Shown here: one piece after another, positions 12,575 through 23,380 of the stretch
Layout of the letters: the number at the start of each line of letters is the position of its first letter
Position numbering within the stretch: position 1 is the stretch's first letter
DNA from: Okamejei kenojei
Lineage: Eukaryota
Length of the DNA stretch: 64,000 nucleotides
Direction: 5' to 3'
Assembly: GCA_035221665.1 (NCBI GenBank)
Contig: CM069168.1
Coordinates: forward strand, 8,308,001-8,372,000
Notes under the pieces: generated by a model
What the model was told of the DNA's origin: nothing
Databases searched by the model: none
What the model saw: the letters and a program-made list of their open reading frames with translations, nothing else
Program-made: the position numbers and the translations under genes

Positions 12575-13110
12575 GTAAGGAAGGCAAACACAATGCCAAC
12601 ATTTATTTCTTGATGTCTAGAGTAAAAAAAACAGGTATGTAATACTGAGGCTCTATAAAGGGCCTGTCCCACATGAGTGGGTTAACATATGATGAGTGTT
12701 TGATGGCACTGGGCCTCTACTCTCTGGAGTTTAGAATACTAAACTTACCGAATAGTGAAAGGCCTGGATAGAGTGGGTGTGGAGAGGATCTTTCCACTAG
12801 TGGTAGAGTCTAGGACCAAGGGTCATAGCCTTAGAATTAAAGAACGTTCCTTTAGGAAGGAGATGAGGAGGAATTTCGTTAGTCAAAGGGTTGTGAATCT
12901 GTGTAATTCATTACCACATAAGGCTGTGGAGACCATCAATGGATATTTTTAAGGCAGAGATAGATAAATTTGTGATTAGTGCGGGTGTCAGGGGTTGTGG
13001 GGAGAAGGCAGGAGAATGGGGTTAAGGGGGAGAGATAGATAGACATGATTGAATGGCGGAGTAGACGTGATGGGCCAAATGGCCTAATTCTGCGCTTATC
13101 ACTTATGACC
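12575..13110 (+). mobile_element. CR1-type LINE 3' fragment with internal deletion marked by a solo MITE TIR
   Basis: KGLDRVGVERIFPLVVESRTKGHSL...; agggcctgtcccac at 12659-12672. Confidence 0.75.
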
Positions 13111-13229
13111 TTAGGAGATGGAGCTGGTTGGAAATTGGAACATGTCTCTTTTTGACAAAGTCCCTAATTTTTCAGATTGACACAATTGTTCTCAGTATAA
13201 TGGCAGCAGACATCTTTCACTTCTCAAAT

Positions 13230-13705
13230 AACCAAGAATAGGTTGGTGACTACTGGAGAGACAGTTAATGGCACGGATTGACGGCACCTGGGAAAGGCTG
13301 GGTTAGCACCCCAGTCTTTCGTGAGAAAGACACCCAATAAAGCTACGGAAAGGCCTAACGAACCACCATGGCCTAAAAATCCATCAGGCAAGACTGAAAT
13401 ACTTGGAAGGAGAAAGCGGTGCAGCGCACAGGCCTTGAACCTGGTGAGACGAAGGAGGAGTCCGGCCAGGACTCACCCCACAGAGCCCAGTCCCTCCACG
13501 CACTAGAATCTCCCAACCCCTGCAGACTAGTTATTAAGATGGCTGATCCGTGGGTGGTTGCTGCTGGGACGCAAGTCGGGGCCTGATCAACCCCGGCTGG
13601 GTTGCCTGGGCGAGGGTGTCTGATGTTGTGAGACCCGAAACACGCGATGACCCCAGATCACATCACTGAGGATGCGTCCCAGCGCATCTAGAAGATGTAT
13701 ATATT
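13230..13705 (+). mobile_element. Non-autonomous HERO-like element, copy 2 (5'-truncated)
   Basis: Colinear with copy 1 from aaccaagaata to gaagatgtatat. Confidence 0.65.
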
Positions 13706-15699
13706 TTCACACGAAATTGAACTTGTTTGCTGACAATCTTTTTGCAAGTTATTATAATCAGTACAGAAAGATAAAAATCGGGGGAGATGGTAAAACCAAA
13801 TTTTATCAGATTTCTTGCACGTAGGTTCGACTCAACTGACTCCTGGATAAGAGACCCAGACTGTTTACAAATCTAGAAAGATTGGAGAACAGATTAACAA
13901 AGCAGTTTGAGTGATCATGGAAGCAGAGGCATGAAGTAAAGTCCCAAGACATTGGGCTAATTGGACTTCACAATATTTTAGCTGACTTCTACATTGGCTT
14001 TAGCTCTCCATGTATCTACCATTTATCACAGATTATCGGCAAGTCTTCTAATATTGCCTGGGAACCAATCAGTTTTATTAACACTGGCAGGAATGTGGAG
14101 AATTGAATCACTCTGTTTTTGTCTAGGATTCTATCATGATTTGTAATGAATTGAGAGCTTTACAAATACATAATAGTTTAATTGATATTATGACTCATCC
14201 TGAAGGTTCAATCATAGCCACTCTCCGGTGACCTTTCCGAAAAGAGTCATAGCTGATGGACTCCCTATAATTTATCGTGCCCTCCTCCTCCTCCTCCTCC
14301 TCCTCCTCCTCCTCCCTTCTCTCCTTTTGTGTCTGTCCACGGAAAAAGATCCTTTCTCAATTCACTCTCCTCTACTTCAATCTCAACTCCCTGTACCCTT
14401 TATCCTGTGTCTGTACACTGTGGCTTGCTTGGTTGTAATCATGTGTAGTGCTTTCTTTGACTGGATAGCACAAATACAATCGCTTTTCACTGTACACTAT
14501 GCACAAGGAAATAAACCAAACTAAACAGAATCTAAACATAAACCTTAATTTGCAGAAATCAGCCATATAACTGCTCCATTCCGTAAGATCTTATTTGACC
14601 TTTAGCCTTAAATCCATTTCCAAGCTCAATCCATTCTGCTTGCCCCTAATTTCTACTATTATTAACTTAACCTATTAATAATGAGTAAAAACTGACTTTG
14701 ACAATTTATCTTCGATTAAAACTATAATCTTCTCTCACCTCAAAGGAGTGCAGTAATAATAAACAATTGGATTAGCTATTTACTGAAAGATAAAGCCTCT
14801 CTTTCATCTGTAGAAATTGCTCAACTGCTAATTATATTTTTAAACCTCTAAAGCTTGTCTCCTATAACCTCACATCCAGAGCAGTTTCCCAGCTGTTATC
14901 AGACAAATGAACCATCAACCAACAACTAGAGAGCAGACCTGAGCTACTTTCTACATCATTTAAAACTCTCAAGACTAACTTTAATTGGACTTTATCTTGC
15001 TCTAAATGTTATACCCTTTATCCTGTATCTGCACATTGGACGGCTTGATTGTAATCATGTATACACTTTCTGCTGACTGGCTAGCATGCAACAAAAAGCT
15101 TTTCACTGTACCTCGTTACATGTGCCAATGACAATAAACTAAACTAAACTAACCATCCAATAGGTGCAAGGAGCTCCATGTCACTAAGACTGAAGCCATC
15201 TGCATTTCTCTAGTTTCCTTCTTATCAACCATTGTTCTCTCTCCAAATTCATCTATAAAACCTGTCCCCCATCTCCCCCAGTCCTGTTCTCATTAAACTC
15301 CTGACCACCCAACTTTCTTCCTGAATTCTATGTTAACTGACATCATTAACAGCCTTCTCCTCAAGTTCTGGCTTGGTGTCAATTTGCAACTTTGATCAGG
15401 GCAGAATTTCAATCTAGTGATCGGGATGGAAACATAATTGGGGTCATTTGCACAAGGAGCTCTGGGTAAGTGGCAAGAATTTGGAAAACTGAGATAAACT
15501 GTAGAAAATTATCATCATCACCACACTCTTCTCAAAAGCCTTTTCATCTTTACAAACCTATTGCCCCATGTCCAACCTTCCTTCCTTACCAAACATTGTA
15601 AATGTGTTTTATCTTTCCAAATTCATGCCCATCTTACTCAGAGCCCCTTGTTATTGCACTGACAGACTGAATGCTGCTGCTATGTAAAGTGATCAGTTA

Positions 15700-16030
15700 A
15701 AGCCCTGTCCCACTTTCCCGAGTTACTCACAAACTCTCCCGAGTTTTCCCCTTGATTCGAACTCGGGGAAAGTCGGGGAATGTCGATAGCGAGCTCATAG
15801 GAGGCCGTAGGAGTTCGTAGATGTTACGTAGCGGCTCCGAATGCCAGCCGTAGGAACTCTGGGCATCAGGTAAGTCGGGATGTTTTTTCAACATGTTGAA
15901 AAATGTCCACGAGTTTTAAAAAAATAGCCCCGAGTACCTAAGAACGGCTATTACCATAATCCTCCGAGTTCAAATCAAGGGGAAAACTCGGGAGAGTTTG
16001 TTAGTAACTCGGGAAAGCGGGACAGGGCCT
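15700..16030. mobile_element. PIF/Harbinger-type MITE
   Basis: TTA on both flanks; TIR a(a/g)gccctgtcccacttt extending to ~75 bp of inverted repeat; central palindrome tttttcaacatgttgaaaaa. Confidence 0.85.
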
Positions 16031-16039
16031 TTAATCTGC

Positions 16040-19000
16040 AGGTGGCTTCACCAGTGATGAGGAGACCACATTGTGAACACCAGGTATTGGAGAAGAGATT
16101 GGCCAAAGTGCTAGTGAACCACTGCTTCATGGGATAGACTGTTTGAGTCCTGAATAGTGGGAAGGGAAGATGTGTAAGAACAGTTGTTGCATGTCCCATG
16201 GAAAACTGACAAAGTGGCAGGTGGGAACCGAGAGTGCACCAGGAGTCACAAAGGGAATAATTGCTTCAAAATGCTAAAAAGGGAATGGAGTGGTATACGT
16301 GTCCAGTGGTGCAATTTTGTTGGACCTGCCAGAAATTGTAAAAAAATGACCCGTTGAATGCAGAGGTGTTGATGAAGACCATTGGTCTCTGATCTTGTTT
16401 CAAGAGGAGAGATGCTGGGAGAAGTTCAAGAAATGGATCAGGTGTGGTGTGGGATCCTGTCCATTACAGTAGAGGGGGAAGCTATAGTTTATGAATAAGG
16501 CAGACATTTCAGGAGCACCATCAATGGATCAATTGAGTTATTTGGGAGTGCCTAGGACTAGAGCTCATAGCCTCAGAATTAAAGGACACAGAAAGCTTTG
16601 GAGACCAAGTCAGTGGTTATTTTTAAGGCAGAGATAGATAGATTCTTGATTAGTACATGTGTCAGGAGTTATGGGGAGAAGGCAGGAGAATGGGGTTAAG
16701 AAGGAGAGATAGATCAGCCATGATTGAATGGTGGAATAGAACTGATGGGCCGAATAGCCTAAGTCCACTCCTATCACTTATGACCTTATGAGATTGAGGA
16801 ACTGGGAGGATGCATTGGAGTACTTACAAAAGACATGGTTGGAGCAAGTATAACCAAGTGCATTCTGTGGATATGTAATGGATGTTTATGTCTAACCTAT
16901 CTCCTGAAGTGGTTGACAGAAAGGGCTTAATTAGGAAAGGAAAAATAGATTATGAAAGAAAACTGGCAGGGAACATAAAAACTGACTGCAAAAGTTTTTA
17001 TAGATATGTGAAGAGAAAGAGGTTAGTTAAAACAAATGTAGGTCCCTTGCAGTCAGAAACAGGTGAGTTGATCATGGGGAACAAGGATATGGCGGACCAA
17101 TTGAATAATTACTTTGGTTCCGTCTTCACTAAGGAAGACATAAATAATCTGCCTGAAATAGCAGGGGACTGTGGGTCAAAGGAGGAATTGAGTGAAATCC
17201 AGGTCAGTCGGGAAGTGGTGTTGGGTAAATTGAATAGATTAAAGGCCGATAAATCCCCAGGGCCAGATAGGCTGCATCCCAGAGTACTTAAGGAAGTAGC
17301 TCAGGAAATAGTGGATGCATTAGTGATAATCTTTCAAAACTCTTTAGATTCTGGAGTAGTTCCTGAGGATTGGCGGGTAGCAAATGTAACCCCTCTTTTT
17401 AAGAAGGGAGGGAGAGAGAAAACGGGGAATTACAGACCAGTTAGTCTAACATCGGTAGTGGGGAAACTGCTAGAGTCAGTTATTAAAGATGGGATAGCAG
17501 CACATTTGGAAAGTGGTGAAATCATTGGACAAAGTCAGCATGGATTTACAAAAGGTAAATCATGTCTGATGAATCTTGTGGAATTTTTCGAGGATGTAAC
17601 TAGTAGCGTGGATAAGGGAGAACCAGTGGATGTGGTATATCTGGACTTCCAGAAGGCTTTCGACTAGGTCCCACATAAGAGATTAGTATACAAACTTAAA
17701 GCATACGGTATTAGGGGTTCAGTATTGGTGTGGATAGAGAACTGGCTGGCAAACAGGAAGCAAAGAGTAGGAGTAAACGGGTCCTTTTCACAATGGCAGG
17801 CAGTAACTAGTGGGGTACCGCAGGGCTCAGTGCTGGGACCCCAGCTATTTACAATATATATTAATGATCTGGATGAGGGAATTGAAGGCAATATCTCCAA
17901 GTTTGCGGATGACACTAAGCTGGGGGGCAGTGTTCGCTGTGAGGAGGATGCTAGGAGACTGCAAGGTGACTTGGATAGGCTGGGTGAGTGGGCAAATGTT
18001 TGGCAGATGTAGTATAATGTGGATAAATGTGAGGTTATCCACTTTGGTGGCAAAAACAGGAAAGCAGACTATTATTTAAATGGTGGCCGATTAGGAAAAG
18101 GGGAGATGCAGCGAGACCTGGGTGTCATGGTACACCAGTCATTGAAAGTAGGCGTGCAGGTGCAGCAGGCAGTGAAAAAAGCGAATGGTATGTTAGCTTT
18201 CAGAGCAAAAGGATTTGAGTACAGGAGCAGGGAGGTTCTACTTCAGTTGTACAGGGTCTTGGTGAGACCACACCTGGAGTATTGCGTGCAGTTTTGGTCT
18301 CCAAATCTGAGGAAGGACATTATTGCCATAGAGGGAGTGCAGAGAAGGTTCACCAGACTGATTCCTGGGATGTCAGGACTGTCTTATGAAGAAAGACTGG
18401 ATAGACTCGGTTTATACTCTCTGGAATTTAGGAGATTAAGAGGGGATCTTATAGAAACTTACAAAATTCTTAAGGGGTTGGACAGGCTAGATGCAGGAAG
18501 ATTGTTCCCGATGTTGGGGAAGTCCAGGACAAGGGGTCACAGCTTAAGGATAAGGGGGAAATCCTTTAGGACCGAGATGAGAAGGACTTTTTTCACACAG
18601 AGATGGTGAGTCTCTGGAACTCTCTGCCACAGAGGGTAGTTGAGGCCAGTTCATTGGCTATATTTAAGAGTGAGTTGGATGTGGCCCTTGTGGCTAAGGG
18701 GATCAGAGGGTATGGAGAGAAGGCAGGTACGGGATACTGAGTTGGATGATCAGCCATGATCATATTGAATGGCGGTGCAGGCTCGAAGGGCTGAATGGCC
18801 TACTCCTGCACCTAATTAAATAAAAATTAAAAAAAGATCCAGAAAGGAAAGAATCAGAAAGGGACACAGTGAAGGTAAGAGCAAGGAAACAATTGGCGGT
18901 AAACATAATGAAATTTGTGAGTTCTCTACGAGTGGAGGAAATATCACTTGGTAATTCAATTCTTAATGTACCAGTGAAATAATTGAGTAGGATTGAAATA

Positions 19001-19200
19001 AAGACTGTTGCATGTGTCCAAGAAAAAAGACTGGCATGTCTTGGGTCCATGCAAGTTCCCGTGGCACTATCTTTGATCTGAGGACAATGAGTTAAAATGA
19101 AGGAGAAGTTGTTTAATCTGAAATTGAGTTCAGCCAAGTCAGTGAGTATGGAGTTGAACTACTAGGGCCTCCATTCAAGGAAGACGGAATGGGTGACATT
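16040..19200 (-). mobile_element. Old Penelope-like element (RT/GIY-YIG remnants) interrupted by two CR1 insertions
   Basis: Minus-strand AELNFRLNNFSF...KDSATGTCMDPRHASLF resembles PLE RT (LNNFSF...KGVAMGTRMGPSYACLF); it appears to continue across the 16921-18813 insertion. Confidence 0.7.
16921..18813 (+). mobile_element. Young 5'-truncated CR1 LINE (ORF2 RT with two in-frame stops)
   Basis: [55 protein letters not shown]; TAG stops at 17665 and 18010; family 3' tail. Confidence 0.95.
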
Positions 19201-19259
19201 TCAGGTTGAGACCCTTCTTCAGGCTTCCTTATCTATGTACCACCCACTGCCCTGACATC

Positions 19260-19380
19260 AGTCTGAAGAAGGGTCTCAACCCGAAACGTCACTCCTTCCT
19301 TCTCTCCAGCGATGCCGCCTGTCCTGCTGAGTTACTCCAGCATTTTGATTTAAACCAGCATCTGCAGTTCCTTCCTACAC
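19260..19380 (+). mobile_element. Penelope-like terminal repeat with minimal hammerhead-like motif
   Basis: agt-CTGAAGA-agggtctcaaccc-GAAACGTC-act. Confidence 0.65.
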
Positions 19381-19985
19381 ATGAAATACTTGATGTTTGT
19401 TCAATATTGAAATGGGAAAATGTGTCAGTCTTCACCAATCAAGGTAGAACCCAAAATGGTGGAGTACCTCAACAGGTCCGGCAGCATCTCTGGAGAACAT
19501 GGATTGGTGATATTTTCGGGTCAGAATCTTTCTTCAGACTGATTGTAGTCTGGGGGAGAAAGTTGTAAAAGCATACAGCAAGCATGATGATGAGATGTCT
19601 GGTTTGAGGGATTGATATTGGGAGAATATCTGGGGGAATGCACCTATTCTTCTGCTTTTCAAATTTAGCTGAAAGTACAGAAATTATCTCAGTTTGCCTT
19701 CTTATCTGAAATGGCATCTCCAATAGTACAGCAATCCCCCAGTGCTGCAATGGAGTATTCGCTTGTATTTTGTGCTTAAGTTGCTGAGCAGAACCTGAAC
19801 CAACAGCCATTTTACTCAGTTGTGCAAACTACATACTGAACCAGAGCTGACAGTACCGTCAGACAAATCTATCGCTCTATTTTGAACACTTCCATTTGAT
19901 AATCAGTATCTTTAATAAGGCCATGTTTGTTTGTTTTACAAATCACAACCATTTATTGATCCATTAAGAGTCAAGTAGAATTAGA

Positions 19986-20495
19986 CAATAGGTGCAGGAG
20001 TAGGCCATTCGGCCCTTCGAGCCAGCACCGCCATTCAATGTGATCATGGCTGATCATCCCCAATCAGTACCCCGTTCCTGCCTTCTTCCCATATCCCCTG
20101 ACTCCGCTATCTTTAAGAGCCCTATCTAGCTCTCTCTTGAAAGTATCCAGAGAACCGGCCTCCATCGCCCTCTGAGGCAGAGAATTCCACAGACTCACAA
20201 CTCTCTGTGAGAAAAAGTGTTTCCTCGTCTCCGTTCTAAATGGCTAACCCGTTATTCTTAAACTGTGGCCCCTGTTCCGGACTCCTCCAACATTGGTAAC
20301 ATGTTTCCTGCCTTCCGTGTCCAAACCCTTAACAATCCTATATGTTTCAATAAGGTACCCTCTCATCCTTCTAAACTCCAGAGTGTACAAGGCCAGCCGC
20401 TCCATTCACTCAGCATATGACAGTCCTGCCATCCCGGGAATTAACCTTGCAAACCTACGCTGCACACCCTCAATAGCAAGAATGTCCTTCCTCAA
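19986..20495 (-). mobile_element. CR1 LINE 3' fragment
   Basis: Reverse complement of the CR1 ORF2 end and tail (aggtgcaggagtaggccattcggcccttcgagcc). Confidence 0.85.
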
Positions 20496-22789
20496 ATTGT
20501 GTGCACAATATGTTTTTTTACAATCAAAGAATTAAAAGAAAGATTTTTTTTCCCTTAGTGAACAATTCTTCTTTGTTTCAAGCATTTTGCTAAAATCTAA
20601 GTTTTCCACCTCCGACTTTATGTCAGAGGCACAGCATTAATTATGGTGAGGTCTTATGTTTAGTGAGGTCATTGGTGTGAAGGTAGGAAGTGAGCAATCG
20701 TCTCAGCCTCGGTCCGTGAAGCTAAAAAGTCACGGCGGTTTTTGTTCCTGATCAAATTTTCGTCATCCCTGTTACTGCACAGACTGGAGTTATACCTTCA
20801 AATGCCACTAAATTCATATCTAGTGAATGGTGGCAACTGCATTTCTAGTCTGCTTCACAAACTCCAATCTATGAACATGATTATTTTTTTTATTATTTAG
20901 CCACCAACTAGGGATAAATCCTTATGCTGAGTCTGATATGCAAAACAATGAGGAAATGTTTTTTTTCCACGCAGGCAGTGGAAAGCGGAACTTGCTTCTC
21001 CAAAACATTGTGGATGTTGGGTCAGTTGAACTTTCAAATCTGACATCATTAGGCTTTCGTTTCATGAAACGTGTGTGCGAACGTGGCTCCCTGATGCATG
21101 CAAGAAAGTAGCTGCGGCCAAACTGACACAAAATTGACCCGCGACTGTGTTTAGTTTAGTTTAGAGAAACAGCGCGAAAATCGTCCCTTCTGCCCACTGA
21201 CCAGCAATCCCTGTACACTAGCACTATCTACACACTTGGGACAATTTTACCAAAGCCAATTAACTTACAAACCTGTACGTCTTTGGGAGGAAACCAGAGC
21301 ACCCGGAGAAAACTCACACAGTCACAGGGAGAACCTACAAATTATGTACAGTCAGGATTGAATCTGGGTCTCTTGCACAGTAAGGCAGCAAAGTTTGAAG
21401 TTAAGAATGTAGGCTGCTGTGTCGAGCTTTGATGAAACGATCCACAGACGGTTCACCTTTTCACTTTGTCTACATTTACACTGCATTGTGCAATATGTAC
21501 CCTTAGTGCTAATTCCGTCTTGGAAATATAGCTATTGACGCAAATGCTCCAGAAGAGGGTGAGACTGGGTTCAAAAGATAACCACTGGATGGTGCTGGCC
21601 CGTAACTCTGGAAAAGACTGTGGCTTTCTCCCTTACCCCTGAGAAACTGTTGTGGGTAGCCTGTGCAGGAATGACGGACTTGCAGTTTTTATCTCTCCTT
21701 CAGTTCGAGTCTGCGCACTTCTGTGCACCAACTGCTGTCAAGACCGAGAAGTCACCATCACGTGTTTTATGTTTAAGAGGTAAATGCATAGTGGCACTGC
21801 TTTAGATTCAGCCAGTTGTACCATCAAACATGTCAGGAGATTCACCTGATTGAATCTTTACTCTAAGGTCTTACTTGCAATGCTTCACTGATTTATCAAC
21901 TTATATTCTAATATGCTGTCGTTTTTTTTAGCCTCCTAACGTTTAATGCTAAGAAGGCTATATCCGGTTTTTAAAAATGTTCCTTACCAAATTAAAATTA
22001 CAGGAGCATTGGGAAGAATATGCATTTAACTTCTGTTGTAAGGATTAAAATTTAATTAAGTAAAACCAACATAAGTCTCCACAGTCCCATAGCAAGTAAG
22101 CAAAGGTTTTGAATATTATGCGCAGCCTATAAATAGAGTCACCAGAATGTTGCACTACAGGAGGCAATTTGGCCCATCACGCTTCTTTTAATTCTTTGAA
22201 AAAGCTGTCCAATTAGTTCCACTCCCTTTTAATAACAGAAAATGCTGCTAACATTCAGCAGATCAAACAGTAACTGATGGAAGAATCCAACAATTCAGGT
22301 CAATGTGCTATCACCAGAACCAGGAAAGAAAGAAAAACAGAATAATTTGTCCACCCATCTGCCAATCAGAATCCCCCTTCACCAATATCAAATTAACATT
22401 TTCAAGGCTTTGTCCTGCTCCCATCTCCTTTGCTTTCTCTCCTCCACAATCAGTCTGAAGAAGGGTGCCATGTCTTGCAGAGACACTGCCTGACCCGTTG
22501 GGTTACTCCAGCACTTTGTGTCCTATGTAAAATTCCAGCAGGTCCGGCTGTGCTAATGGAGAGAGAAAAAGCTGAGCTTATATAACAGATGGTTAGTAGT
22601 AACGAGGAACTGCAGATGCTGATTTACCAAAGAAAGACACAAAGTGCTGGAGCAACTCGGCAGGGAAGTATCATTGAAGAACATGGATAGGTGAAGTTTC
22701 GGGCCGGGACCCTTCTCCGGACTGGTTGCCTCACAACAGAAGTGGCCAGTTGTGACACAGACCAAGAGAATGAATTACCAGAAGATATC

Positions 22790-23380
22790 AAATTCCCAAT
22801 GGATATTGGAAGGCTGCACCATGCCCAGATGGAACATGAGGTGCTGTCCTCATTGATCTTAATGTAGCAGTGCAGGGGTGGATGGGTGGGTGGGTGGGAG
22901 GGGGAGGGGGGTGATATGGGAGGGACAGCCAGATAGGTCAGAGTGTGAGTGGGATGGAAAATTAATGTCTTGCCAGAGGGAGCTGAGGGTCAAATCTGGA
23001 CTGCGCGCAGGTACTCCACAAGGCGATTACCCAAATCTGTGATAATTTTTCCATTGTACAGGAGACTGTGTTATGAAAGCCTGCTGCAAAAGTGAATCAC
23101 TATTATCCCGGAAGGAATGTTTGAAGCCATCAAGGGTAGATTTGAAAGGAAAGATGCTGCGTTCCCTGTGGCTGCATGGGAAAATGCTGTTAGAAAGGCA
23201 GCGACTGGTCGCGATAGAAGAACAGTCCAGGAAGTGACAAAAGGAATGGTGCCATCAAAATGAGAGGGGAGGAGGTGTGGGGTCGTGAATCTTGCTGCAT
23301 CTTAGGGAAATCACTAATGATGGTCCATTGAATGCAGAGATTGGTGGGGTGGAAGGTGAGGACTAGGAGAATTCCAGCAT
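22790..23380 (-). mobile_element. Old Penelope-like fragment
   Basis: Similar to 16040-16500 (caaaagtgaatcac...ttgaatgcagagattggtggggtggaaggtgaggac). Confidence 0.5.

Noticed and set aside
14028-14050. cacag|attatcgg as the start of the PEBP4 penultimate exon
   Set aside because: Reads DYRQVF then stop; lacks PxPP and HRYQF motifs.
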